A stretch of DNA of 46,874 nt. It comes from a bacterium (lineage in GTDB: Bacteria > Patescibacteriota > Patescibacteriia > SG8-24). Below are positions 30,598-40,496 of the stretch, one piece after another. The stretch is taken from contig JAHFIW010000005.1 in assembly GCA_023246195.1 (NCBI GenBank), positions 1-46,874 of the forward strand, given 5' to 3'. A program made the position numbers and the translations under genes. Within the stretch, counting starts at the first letter, position 1; each line of letters starts with the position of its first letter. Under the pieces are notes generated by a model, which was not told where the DNA came from, ran no database searches, and saw nothing but the letters and a program-made list of their open reading frames with translations.

Positions 30598-30667
30598 TTG
30601 ACAAAAGCCGGTTTTTGTGCTATATTGAGCCTATTAAGGTCACTCGCGGCCTTAAATAAGGAATGCA
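30598..30667 (+). promoter_or_regulatory. Promoter, leader hairpin and SD of small ORF
   Basis: TTGACA-17-TATATT (TG ext.), hairpin TTAAGG...CCTTAA, AAGGA SD. Confidence 0.7.
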
Positions 30668-30808
30668 ATGAACGTTTTTGTCGAATGTGGCATCACCGTC
30701 CTGATCGTTTTCAGTCCGCTGATCTTTTCAGCGCTTGCCCTCGGCGTGGCCGAGGTCGTTTGGAAGGTGTACAACCGCAGGCTCTGCCTTGCGAAGAACA
30801 AACGGTAG
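30668..30808 (+). CDS. Small single-pass membrane protein (46 aa), below ORF-track cutoff
   Basis: MNVFVECGITVLIVFSPLIFSALALGVAEVVWKVYNRRLCLAKNKR*; strong promoter, SD and terminator. Confidence 0.7.
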   Translation: MNVFVECGITVLIVFSPLIFSALALGVAEVVWKVYNRRLCLAKNKR

Positions 30809-30826
30809 ACGCAAGTCTCCTTTTCG

Positions 30827-30855
30827 AAACCGCTCCCTCTTGGTTGAGCGGTTTT
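30827..30855 (+). terminator. Probable terminator
   Basis: AAACCGCTC-loop-GAGCGGTTTT. Confidence 0.6.
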
Positions 30856-30922
30856 GTAATTCCCGCGAGTCCGCTCGGCGTCTCTTTCCAAAATCGCACT
30901 TTTTCGTTACATTTTCTTCGTT

Positions 30923-32134
30923 ATGTCTGTCTCCACTGACCCAAAGAAAATCGAAGAGCTGCTGACTCGCCGCGTCGCCGATGCCGTGGTGCTTGATTCG
31001 CTTCGCAAGAAGCTGGAATCCGGAAAAGTGTTGCGCATCAAGTTCGGTGCGGACCCTACCAGCCCGGACCTGCACATCGGTCACGCCGTGCCCATCAAGA
31101 AATTGCGCGAGTTCCAGGAGCTCGGTCACAAGGTGGTCTTCCTCATCGGCGATTACACCGCCCGCGTCGGCGACCCTTCCGGCAAGTCCAAGACTCGCCC
31201 GATGCTTTCCGACGAGGACGTGAAGAAGAACGCCGAAACATATTTTGCGCAGGTGGGAAAAATTCTCGATCTCGAAAAGACCGAGATACGGTGGAACGGG
31301 GAGTGGTTTTCCAAGATGACCTTTGCCGACATCCTTAAGCTCGCCGGCCAGTTCACCGTCGCGCGCATGATCGAGCGCGACGACTTCGCCAACCGCTTGC
31401 GCGAAGGCACGGACGTGCACATGCACGAACTGTTCTATCCGATGATGCAGGCCTACGACTCCATCATGCTCGACGCCGACGTGGAAATCGGCGGCACCGA
31501 CCAGCGCTTCAACATCCTGGCCGGACGCGACTTGCAGCGTAAAATGGGCAAACCGGAGCAGGATTGCCTGTTCCTCGGCCCCATTCTCGTGGGTACTGAC
31601 GGCGTAAAGAAGATGTCCAAGTCGCTCGGAAACTACATCGGCCTGACCGACGCGCCAGATGACATGTTCGGCAAAGTCATGTCGATTCCCGACGCCGCCA
31701 TGTGGGACTGGTTCGCATTGACGACGGACGTCCCGCACGCCGAGTTCCACGCCATGCGCGACGCGTGCGCTCTCGGCGACATGAACCCTCGCGACGCCAA
31801 GGTGCGCCTGGCCAAGGAAATCATCGCGCAGTATCACTCCGCCGCCGCTGCCGATGTCGCAGAACAGAACTTCATCAGCTTGTTCCAGAAGAAAGAAATC
31901 CCCGAGGACATCGCGGAGATCGCGGTTATGGGCGGTGAGCGCACGCTCATCGACCTGCTTGTGGAGACCGACCTGTGCGCCTCGAAGAGCGACGCGCGCC
32001 GTCAGATTGTACAGGGTGGCGTGAAGGTCGATGACATGGCGGTCACCGACATCGCGCTGACCGTTGCCGTCGGCAAGACTCCGGTGTTGATCCAGAAAGG
32101 CAAACGCCATTTCGTGAAGATTCGGGCGAAATAA
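30923..32134 (+). CDS. tyrS: Tyrosine--tRNA ligase
   Basis: GADPTSPDLHIGH, YPMMQAYD, GGTDQRFN, KMSKS, C-terminal S4 domain. Confidence 0.97.
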   Translation: MSVSTDPKKIEELLTRRVADAVVLDSLRKKLESGKVLRIKFGADPTSPDLHIGHAVPIKKLREFQELGHKVVFLIGDYTARVGDPSGKSKTRPMLSDEDVKKNAETYFAQVGKILDLEKTEIRWNGEWFSKMTFADILKLAGQFTVARMIERDDFANRLREGTDVHMHELFYPMMQAYDSIMLDADVEIGGTDQRFNILAGRDLQRKMGKPEQDCLFLGPILVGTDGVKKMSKSLGNYIGLTDAPDDMFGKVMSIPDAAMWDWFALTTDVPHAEFHAMRDACALGDMNPRDAKVRLAKEIIAQYHSAAAADVAEQNFISLFQKKEIPEDIAEIAVMGGERTLIDLLVETDLCASKSDARRQIVQGGVKVDDMAVTDIALTVAVGKTPVLIQKGKRHFVKIRAK

Positions 32135-32145
32135 CAGATGTGCAA

Positions 32146-33870
32146 ATGTACACTCTCGATAAGGCGAAAAAAGAGGTAATCGACGCGCTGTTCTCGGCGT
32201 TGCCGCCAGACTCCGACGTCTCGGACACCGACCTCTCTCGCCCGCCCCAAGCGGACATGGGCGATTTGTCGTTCCCGTGCTTCGGCCTGGCCAAGGCGCT
32301 TAAGGGAAATCCCGCGGCTATTGCCAAGGATGTGGCAGCGAAGATTACGCCGTCGGGACTTGTCGGCGAAGTTCGCGCCGTCGGCCCCTACGTCAATTTC
32401 TTCTTCAATAAGAAAGCCTTCGCCACGAGCGTTCTCGAAGACGTCCTCGGTCACGTCAACAAATACGGTGATGCGCCGCGCAACGGCGAGCAGGCGCTGC
32501 TTGAGTACGGCTCCGTGAACACGCACAAGGAAGTGCATGTCGGTCATTTGCTGAACGTTTCGCTCGGGTTGTCGATCGGACGGCTGATGAACGCGGCCGG
32601 CACCAAGGTCGTACACGTGAAGTACATCGGTGACGTCGGCGCCCACGTGGCCAAGTGGCTGTGGTATTACGACAAGGTCCGTCGCGGCGAAGTCGCCGGT
32701 CGCACCACGCTGACCGAACACAGCGAGATGGTGCAGTTCGGCAAAATCTACACCGAAGCCACGCTGCTGGCCGAGTCCGACGAGGAAAAGTACAAGCCGG
32801 AAATTTCGGCGGTGCTGAAAAAGTTAGAAGCGCATGATCCCGAATGGGGAGATTTGTGGAACCGCACGCGCGAATCCTGCCTGACGCAGATCAACGCGCT
32901 CTTTGCCGAGCTCGGCATCCATTTTTCACGTACGTATCTCGAATCCGAAGTCGAAGGCCCCGGCAAGGAACTGGTAAAAGAGCTTCTTGCCAAAGGCATC
33001 GCCAAAGAAGGCGAAAAGGGCGCGATTATCGTGGATTCGGAAGCCGAAGATCTCGACGTTTTCCTCGTGCTCAAGTCCGACGGGACCGCGCTGTATTCCA
33101 CCAAAGAGCTGGCTCTCGCGGGTCTCAAGTTCCGCGAGTATCCTGAAACCTCGCGAAGCCTGCATGTGGTCGACAATCGCCAGTCGCTGTACTTCAAGCA
33201 ATTTTTCGCGACTTTGAAAAAACTCGGCTTCGACAAGCCGATGGTTCACGTCAGTCATGACTTCGTGACGCTGTCCGAGGGCGCAATGTCCTCTCGTAAG
33301 GGCAACATCATCACGTATGAGGATTTCCGCGACCAGATGAAAGCCATGGTTTTAGAAGAGACCGCCAAGCGGCATGCGGATTGGGACGAGGACAAGGTCA
33401 GCAAGACCGTCTGGATGATTGCCGAGGGCGCCATGAAGTTCGGCATGCTCAAGCAGGACACCGACCGCCCTCTCACCTTCGACATGGCCGCGGCGCTTTC
33501 GTTCGACGGGTTCACCGGTCCGTACGTTCAGTACGCCCATGCGCGTCTTTCCACCATCCTCGCCAAGGCGGAAGGGGAGACCGTCTCAGTCTGTTCTGCC
33601 GTAGACGACCCCAAAGAGTTCGCCTTGTTGCGCATGGTCGCGGATTTGCCGCAGGCCGCGCTCATCGCCGCTCGAGACTTCCGCCCGTCCCTCGTCGCGC
33701 AATACCTGTTCGAGCTTGCGCAGGCCTCGAACGAATTTTATCGCGACGTGCCGGTGCTCTCCGCCGATCCCGGTGACCGTGCGCGCCGTCTGGCCGTCAT
33801 CGCCGCCGCGCGCGTCGCGCTGGCCAACGGACTTTTCCTGCTGGGCATACGCGCTCCGGAGGAGATGTAG
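32146..33870 (+). CDS. argS: Arginine--tRNA ligase
   Basis: GPYVNF, EYGSVNTHKEVHVGH, MSSRKG, GPYVQYAHAR, LLGIRAPEEM; alternative GTG start at 32140. Confidence 0.96.
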   Translation: MYTLDKAKKEVIDALFSALPPDSDVSDTDLSRPPQADMGDLSFPCFGLAKALKGNPAAIAKDVAAKITPSGLVGEVRAVGPYVNFFFNKKAFATSVLEDVLGHVNKYGDAPRNGEQALLEYGSVNTHKEVHVGHLLNVSLGLSIGRLMNAAGTKVVHVKYIGDVGAHVAKWLWYYDKVRRGEVAGRTTLTEHSEMVQFGKIYTEATLLAESDEEKYKPEISAVLKKLEAHDPEWGDLWNRTRESCLTQINALFAELGIHFSRTYLESEVEGPGKELVKELLAKGIAKEGEKGAIIVDSEAEDLDVFLVLKSDGTALYSTKELALAGLKFREYPETSRSLHVVDNRQSLYFKQFFATLKKLGFDKPMVHVSHDFVTLSEGAMSSRKGNIITYEDFRDQMKAMVLEETAKRHADWDEDKVSKTVWMIAEGAMKFGMLKQDTDRPLTFDMAAALSFDGFTGPYVQYAHARLSTILAKAEGETVSVCSAVDDPKEFALLRMVADLPQAALIAARDFRPSLVAQYLFELAQASNEFYRDVPVLSADPGDRARRLAVIAAARVALANGLFLLGIRAPEEM

Positions 33871-33874
33871 GGTG

Positions 33875-33905
33875 AAAGGCCTCTCGATCGACGGGAGGCC
33901 TTTTT
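33875..33905 (+). terminator. Intrinsic terminator
   Basis: AAAGGCCTCTCG-atcga-CGGGAGGCCTTTTT. Confidence 0.85.
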
Positions 33906-33914
33906 GCTTCTTTT

Positions 33915-33942
33915 TTGACACCCGGTGGCGCATTGTTATAAT
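33915..33942 (+). promoter_or_regulatory. Consensus sigma70 promoter
   Basis: TTGACA-16-TATAAT with TG extension. Confidence 0.75.
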
Positions 33943-34008
33943 CATCCCGTCTAACACCATTTCCCACAGGGCGTCTCTTCCGAGCCGCATGCATGGGCGC
34001 TTGTCACT

Positions 34009-34488
34009 ATGTTTCAAAAGAACACGTCGTCGGATCGCGAAATCGGCGGAGCGCATGAGCCAGAAACAGTTATCGCCGCTTCGGTGAAGGTCGAAGGTGA
34101 CTTTCAGAGCCAGGGCAACATCCTCATCGAAGGCGTTGTCGAGGGCAGCCTCAAGACCGAGCGCGATCTTCGCGTGGGCGAGCGCGCCCGCATTTCGGCA
34201 GACGTGGTCGCTGCCAACGCCGTCATTGCCGGTGAAGTGCGCGGCAACCTCGTCGTGAACGAGCGCCTCGAGCTTGAGCCGACCGCCCGCATCATGGGTG
34301 ACGTCCGCACCAAGGTTCTCGTCGTCGCCAGCGGCGCGACCATCAACGGCAAGATCGTCATGGGTACGGAGGCCGTGTCGGCTCCGGCAGAGGAACGCAA
34401 GGGACGTGCCAGCGGCGCCAAGATCGCGGCAGAGATCGCCAAGGCCGAAGAGGAAAAGAGCCTCGCGCCGTTCCTTATCCGCAGCTAG
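34009..34488 (+). CDS. Bactofilin (polymer-forming cytoskeletal protein)
   Basis: TVIAASVKVEGDF...IEGVVEGSL...VGERARISADV..AVIAGEVRGNL...GATINGKI. Confidence 0.92.
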   Translation: MFQKNTSSDREIGGAHEPETVIAASVKVEGDFQSQGNILIEGVVEGSLKTERDLRVGERARISADVVAANAVIAGEVRGNLVVNERLELEPTARIMGDVRTKVLVVASGATINGKIVMGTEAVSAPAEERKGRASGAKIAAEIAKAEEEKSLAPFLIRS

Positions 34489-34510
34489 ACTAAGGGAGTC
34501 TCACACTTCG

Positions 34511-35311
34511 ATGTACTACTACATCTACGACTCGTTTCTCTCCGATAAGAAATACGAACGCGTCATCGCGACTGTCGAGACGCGGTTGACGGATTTGGGT
34601 ATCTCCGGAAAGATCGGTCGTCTTACGCCGTTTACGAATGCGCGAGGACTCATTCGTGACGAGGTGCGTCGCGGCGTGCAGACCATCGTGGTGGTGGGCA
34701 ATGACGAGACCGTGGCCAAGGTGGTCGGAGGCATCGACGACGCCAAGATCACGCTGGGCTTCATTCCCATCGGCCACGGAACGATGATAGCTCGCTCGCT
34801 TGGCATTCCCGAGGGTGAAGAGGCCTGCGATGTCCTGTCGCGTCGCGTCACCCAGAAGATTGACCTTGGTTCCGTGAACGGTCATCTGTTCTTGTCGCAG
34901 GTGCGGATGCCGGGAGGAAAAGTTACCATCGAGAGCGAGGGGAAGTTCCGTATCACCTCAATGGTGGAGGATTGCGAGATCATCGTGAGCAACATGCGCC
35001 TCTCGGAAGAAGGCGTCGTCGCAGAGTCAGGAAAGAAGGCCTCGGAATCGACTGGGTACTCGGTGGGCGATCCGATGGACGGCTGGCTCGATGCGCTGAT
35101 CACGTCAAAGTCCAGTTCGCTGCTGTCGAGGTTCCGGGGCCTCAGCGGAATAGAACGCTCGGTGATCCCCACAAGGAGGCTCTCGCTGACCAGCGAAGAA
35201 CCCATCGCCATAGAGGCAGATGGCCGTCATTTCAGCGCCAACGTGGTTTCGATCGAAATCGCTCCGGATCGCCTCAAGGTCATCACTGGCCGCGAGCGAG
35301 TGTTCGCCTAG
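34511..35311 (+). CDS. Diacylglycerol kinase-like family protein (non-canonical GNDET motif)
   Basis: IVVVGNDET, LGFIPIG..IARSLGIP, IDLG.VNG..F, DGWLD, ADG. Confidence 0.8.
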   Translation: MYYYIYDSFLSDKKYERVIATVETRLTDLGISGKIGRLTPFTNARGLIRDEVRRGVQTIVVVGNDETVAKVVGGIDDAKITLGFIPIGHGTMIARSLGIPEGEEACDVLSRRVTQKIDLGSVNGHLFLSQVRMPGGKVTIESEGKFRITSMVEDCEIIVSNMRLSEEGVVAESGKKASESTGYSVGDPMDGWLDALITSKSSSLLSRFRGLSGIERSVIPTRRLSLTSEEPIAIEADGRHFSANVVSIEIAPDRLKVITGRERVFA

Positions 35312-35377
35312 GGTTCAAGGGCCTAAGGGGCTTGATATATTTCCAGGCCAGTAGTACTCTATTTTCACATCAAACAT

Positions 35378-35464
35378 GCGGTCGTGGCGAAACTGGCAGA
35401 CGCACCACTTTGAGGGGGTGGCGGGGGCAACCTCGTGAGGGTTCAAATCCCTCCGACCGCACCA
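35378..35464 (+). tRNA. tRNA-Leu(GAG)
   Basis: GCGGTCGTGGCGAAACTGGCAGACGCA-CCACT-TTGAGGG-GGTGG, long variable arm, GGTTCAAATCC, CCA. Confidence 0.96.
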
Positions 35465-35467
35465 GAC

Positions 35468-35498
35468 AAAAAAATCCCAACGCCGTTGGGATTTTTTT
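35468..35498 (+). terminator. Terminator after tRNA-Leu
   Basis: AAAAAATCCCAAC-gcc-GTTGGGATTTTTTT. Confidence 0.85.
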
Positions 35499-35603
35499 GT
35501 TGCCCCGACCGGCTCCGCGCGTCCTCGCGTTTTCTTTCGTGCGCAGGATTGCCTCAATGAAGCCGAGGGGTTATAGTTAGCCCCGTAAGCCCGCACCGAT
35601 CAT

Positions 35604-35680
35604 GGACGATTAGCTCAGTTGGTTAGAGCATCTCGCTTACACCGAGAGGGTCGAAGGTTCGAATCCTTCATCGTCCACCA
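35604..35680 (+). tRNA. tRNA-Val(UAC)
   Basis: GGACGATTAGCTCAGTTGGTTAGAGCA-TCTCG-CTTACAC-CGAGA...GGTTCGAATCC..ACCA; upstream TTGCCT-17-TATAGT. Confidence 0.96.
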
Positions 35681-35693
35681 CCAGATATCCCCT

Positions 35694-35963
35694 ATGAACA
35701 TCATCCTGCGCATTATCGGCGGCCTCCTCATACTCGTTATCGGTTGCCTTTTCGTCATCAAGAGCGAGTGGCTATTGCAGAACTTCGGCACGGTCGCTTG
35801 GGCGGAGCAGCATCTTGGACTCGATGGCGGCAGCCGGCTGTTTTATAAGCTGCTTGGCGTCCTCATGGCGGTCGTCGGCATTTCCATGGCCACCGGCTTG
35901 CTCGGTTCCATCGTCGTCGGAACGCTCGGAGGCTTGTTTGGCGGCAGGGCAGTGCAGCAATAA
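35694..35963 (+). CDS. Small membrane protein (2 TM)
   Basis: MNIILRIIGG...FGTVAWAEQHLG..GGSRLFYKLLG; start moved downstream of the tRNA. Confidence 0.75.
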   Translation: MNIILRIIGGLLILVIGCLFVIKSEWLLQNFGTVAWAEQHLGLDGGSRLFYKLLGVLMAVVGISMATGLLGSIVVGTLGGLFGGRAVQQ

Positions 35964-35981
35964 CGCCCGTACCAGTTTCAT

Positions 35982-36536
35982 ATGTCGTACATACCCACCG
36001 GAAAGGAACTCATCGATCCGTTCAAGGTCTTGCAAGAAGCCGGTGTCAGCGTCGACATGAAGGTGGCGGACTTCGGTTGCGGCACGCTCGGGCATTACGT
36101 TTTTGCCGCTTCGAGTTTGGTGGGTCCTGGAGGCAAGGTCTATGCCGTCGACATTCTCAAGTCGGTATTGGATGGCATCGAAAGCATGGTGCGAATCGAA
36201 CGCGTTACCAACGTGGAGACAATCTGGGGTGACCTTGAGCGCATAAACGGCATCAAGCTTCCGGATGGCTGCCTCGACATCGGCCTGATGATCAACAACC
36301 TGTATCTTTCCAAAAAGCAGAACGAGATGACCAAAGAATGCGCGCGCATGGTGCGTTCCGGCGGCACATTTGTCATCGTTGACTGGAAGCCTGGCAGCGG
36401 GACCTTCGGGCCTGATCCCAAGGCTCGCGTGAGTGCCGAGGATGCCAAGCAGCTCGGGATTTCCGTCGGACTCTCGCTGGTCAAGGAGTTCTCGCCTGGC
36501 TCGTATCACTACGGATTCGTCTTCAAGAAGGCATAA
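35982..36536 (+). CDS. Class I SAM-dependent methyltransferase
   Basis: VADFGCG, GKVYAVDI, GDLE, GGTFVIVDW. Confidence 0.88.
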   Translation: MSYIPTGKELIDPFKVLQEAGVSVDMKVADFGCGTLGHYVFAASSLVGPGGKVYAVDILKSVLDGIESMVRIERVTNVETIWGDLERINGIKLPDGCLDIGLMINNLYLSKKQNEMTKECARMVRSGGTFVIVDWKPGSGTFGPDPKARVSAEDAKQLGISVGLSLVKEFSPGSYHYGFVFKKA

Positions 36537-36555
36537 TAATGAACGTCAGAAGGTG

Positions 36556-36594
36556 GCAAAAGGCCCGTAAAACCATTATTTACGGGCCTTTTGC
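36556..36594 (+). terminator. Hairpin/terminator
   Basis: GCAAAAGGCCCGTAAA-accatta-TTTACGGGCCTTTTGC. Confidence 0.75.
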
Positions 36595-36683
36595 GTTGTG
36601 GGGGATAGTTGGCGATTTGCCAATTTCTAGCTCGTTCTTTACAATGCGGACTCGAACACCTGTTGATTTCTGTTCCAAAAAAT

Positions 36684-37109
36684 ATGGCCATATTCAGAGG
36701 CTACGCCGCATTCCTCGACTACAAGTACTGGCTCAACCTTCATCCAGTCGCGCTCGGACCTGATCTGGTGACTGGTATCCTGTCGTTTTTCGCCTGGTTC
36801 ATCGTTGCGGCAGTCATCCTCTGGCTCGCTGCACGTTCCCTCAAGAAGAAGCAGCCTCGCTATGGCCAGCTGGCCCGCAAGTTTGCCAGTCCGCTGTTCG
36901 GTGCCGGCGTGATGGGCATGCTGTTGCTGTTCTTCTCCTACGAACAGGTGCCGGTGCTCGGCATGCGTCTGTGGTTCCTGCTTCTCTGCCTCTACTTCCT
37001 CTTCGAGATCGGCCGTCTGGCCAACTACGTGGTGATCGATTTTCCGCATTTGCGCCACGAGGACATGGAGCGCGCGCGCCTGATGAAGTACATGTCCAAA
37101 AAGAAATGA
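36684..37109 (+). CDS. Membrane protein (3 TM), hypothetical
   Basis: Hydrophobic segments, LLFFSYEQVPVLGMRLW, basic C-terminus. Confidence 0.75.
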   Translation: MAIFRGYAAFLDYKYWLNLHPVALGPDLVTGILSFFAWFIVAAVILWLAARSLKKKQPRYGQLARKFASPLFGAGVMGMLLLFFSYEQVPVLGMRLWFLLLCLYFLFEIGRLANYVVIDFPHLRHEDMERARLMKYMSKKK

Positions 37110-37480
37110 CGATGGATCGCATCAGTCTCGGCATCTACGGGGAGCAGCTTGCGGCGAGATATCTTGCCGAGACGGGCTGCGTCATCCGAGACCGAAACTG
37201 GCGCGTGAAAGGGGGAGAGCTCGATCTCGTTGCCGATGACGGCGGCGAGATCGTTTTCGTTGAGGTGAAAACGCGAAGGGGAAATGCCTACGGTTATCCC
37301 GAGGACGCCGTCACTTACGCCAAACGACGCCGACTGCGTTTTGCCGCGCATGCCTACTTGACGGCGCATGGCTTGCACGGTCGTCCCTACCGCTTCGACA
37401 TTATTGCCATTACCATGTCGTATCGTGGCGGAAGGCCCTCGTTGACACGTTTTCGCAATGCCGTCGGGGAGAACGGCTGA
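37106..37480 (+). CDS. yraN: YraN family (UPF0102) nuclease-like protein
   Basis: G.YGEQLAARYL, RNWR..GELDLV, IVFVEVKTR, RFDII; ATGA overlap with upstream stop. Confidence 0.92.
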   Translation: MTMDRISLGIYGEQLAARYLAETGCVIRDRNWRVKGGELDLVADDGGEIVFVEVKTRRGNAYGYPEDAVTYAKRRRLRFAAHAYLTAHGLHGRPYRFDIIAITMSYRGGRPSLTRFRNAVGENG

Positions 37481-37495
37481 CACGGTCACTGCGGA

Positions 37496-37561
37496 TTGAC
37501 AAAACATCAAAAATACGCTATGATAAAGGCGGATGCGTTCATTTTGAAAGGCTGGTTTCCG
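37496..37561 (+). promoter_or_regulatory. Promoter + boxA-like motif + SD
   Basis: TTGACA-17-TATGAT-aaaggcggatgc-GTTCATTTTGAAAGG-ctggtttccg-ATG. Confidence 0.65.
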
Positions 37562-38248
37562 ATGGAAAACGTCTATTTCCGAGCTGCGCTTTTGCTGGTC
37601 GTATGCCTCATTGCCGCCGTCGTGGTCGCCGTGACGGTCTGGCGGCAGGAAGGCGTCGACCGCAAGCGCTTCGCTATCGGTGCCGTGCTGTGCCTGCTCG
37701 TGCTTCTTGCGGGGTTCATTCCGGGGGTCAGGACCTACGTCTCTTCGTTGCTCTCGTCGAGGGTGTCGGATGGCATTAAGGGTACGGTCCTGGTGCTCGC
37801 TTTCATCGTTCCCGGGGTGTGCCTCGGCTTGGCGCTCGTCGGGAGGAAGGCGCTCGCGGAAATCGTTCTTGGCATCGTCGCGCGAATGCGCGTCGCCGTG
37901 GAAGAGCTGCGCGATCCGGAGCTGCGGAGGCGGAACGTCTGCATTCGCAGGTATCGGCATGCGCTGGATATCCTGGCGAAGCCTCCGGAGGGAAATCGCG
38001 CGCGTCGGCAACGCAACAGCCTTCTCGTCGCCATCACCATCCTTCACGTCACGGATGACGAGATTCCGGTGTTGGCCGATTACCTCAACAAGCTCTTGTT
38101 CGAGGGTAATGCCAACGTAGATCATTTCGCCGACTTTTTGGAAGAGGAAAGGGAGATGGTTCAGGGCAGCTTGGTCATGTCGGGCGGACACCTCATTCGA
38201 CTCACCCGGCTGACGGAGCAGATTCGGCGCGAAACGACGCACGCATGA
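37562..38248 (+). CDS. Hypothetical membrane protein (3 N-terminal TM + helical domain)
   Basis: Own promoter and terminator; C-terminal motif shared with next gene. Confidence 0.72.
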   Translation: MENVYFRAALLLVVCLIAAVVVAVTVWRQEGVDRKRFAIGAVLCLLVLLAGFIPGVRTYVSSLLSSRVSDGIKGTVLVLAFIVPGVCLGLALVGRKALAEIVLGIVARMRVAVEELRDPELRRRNVCIRRYRHALDILAKPPEGNRARRQRNSLLVAITILHVTDDEIPVLADYLNKLLFEGNANVDHFADFLEEEREMVQGSLVMSGGHLIRLTRLTEQIRRETTHA

Positions 38249-38257
38249 GAAAAAACG

Positions 38258-38286
38258 ATGCTCGGTCTGCATGACCGGGCATTTTT
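38258..38286 (+). terminator. Intrinsic terminator
   Basis: ATGCTCGGTC-tgcat-GACCGGGCAT-TTTT. Confidence 0.75.
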
Positions 38287-38293
38287 ATTACGA

Positions 38294-38352
38294 TTGACCG
38301 AGGATGACCCGGTTGCTAGGGTCAATTCGGTTCTTTTGTCCAAGGAGGCCTC
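38294..38352 (+). promoter_or_regulatory. Promoter + boxA-like motif + SD
   Basis: TTGACC-17-TAGGGT-caattcg-GTTCTTTTGTCC-AAGGAGG-cctc-ATG. Confidence 0.65.
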
Positions 38353-38925
38353 ATGACCGCGCTCATCTTGCCGACACTTCTCGTCGTTACCGTTTTCTTC
38401 GGGTCGTACGTCGCGCTCTTCACGTATGCGCCTTCGTCCGTAGCTCGTAAGATACTCTTTTTCCGGGTCGGCCTGGCATTCAGGCATGCGTATGACCGGA
38501 TTGCGTACATGCGCAGCGGGGAATTGCGAAAGTTCTTCGGTTACCAGAAGTGCATTCGCGAGCTGCAGGCGGCGGGTTCCCTGCGCCACGGTTTCGAGAA
38601 ACATGTCGCGACTCTTGGTCCGGAAGTCGAACGTTATGCGCATCAGACCACGGAATATGCCATGATCGAGCGCTGTTACGAGCGCAAGTTGCGGCAGGCC
38701 GCCATGTTTCTCGGTCACATGTCCGACGAACAGCTGGGTCACGTCGCCAAGTTCTTCCGTGACGCGATGCTCGACGAGGCGGTGCCGGTCAGCGTGGTCG
38801 CCGATTTTCTCAAGGGTGAGCGTCAAGCCATCAAGAAAGCGCCGTACATGGCCGTGGGTCACTTTGCCCGCATGCTCGCACGGATGACCGAGATCAAGTC
38901 GGATAACGCCGCCGCTTCACGGTAG
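38353..38925 (+). CDS. Hypothetical protein (1 N-terminal TM), distant paralog of 37562..38248
   Basis: HMSDEQL..VA.FF...V..VADFLKGER matches HVTDDEI..LA.YL...V..FADFLEEER; SD AAGGAGG. Confidence 0.72.
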   Translation: MTALILPTLLVVTVFFGSYVALFTYAPSSVARKILFFRVGLAFRHAYDRIAYMRSGELRKFFGYQKCIRELQAAGSLRHGFEKHVATLGPEVERYAHQTTEYAMIERCYERKLRQAAMFLGHMSDEQLGHVAKFFRDAMLDEAVPVSVVADFLKGERQAIKKAPYMAVGHFARMLARMTEIKSDNAAASR

Positions 38926-38929
38926 GGGG

Positions 38930-38958
38930 CTTGCGGAGCGGGGCCGTTCCGTGTATAC
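38930..38958 (+). promoter_or_regulatory. nusA promoter
   Basis: TTGCGG-17-TATACT. Confidence 0.6.
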
Positions 38959-39074
38959 TCTCTTTATAGACCTGTTTCATGCATGAAACTGGTCCTTTTT
39001 TTACCCTATTTTAAGGACGTCTGTTCTCAGGGGTCCTTGTACTTACTACATACGCTAATAAAAGCGGAAGTCCT

Positions 39075-40445
<1,371 letters not shown>

Positions 40446-40496
40446 CGCGGATGATTGCGCGCGTCGCGATTGGCGCGTACGATTGACCCAACTCCT

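Noticed and set aside
30728-32110. 460-aa minus-strand ORF and similar shadows over rluD, the LDT gene, valS and the O-antigen ligase
   Set aside because: Antisense to clearly identified genes
35503-35570. Possible long hairpin between tRNA-Leu and tRNA-Val (SRP-like RNA?)
   Set aside because: Lacks the SRP helix-8 signature, pairing is patchy, and it overlaps the tRNA-Val promoter
35619-35693. Extension of the 35694 ORF
   Set aside because: Lies inside tRNA-Val(UAC)
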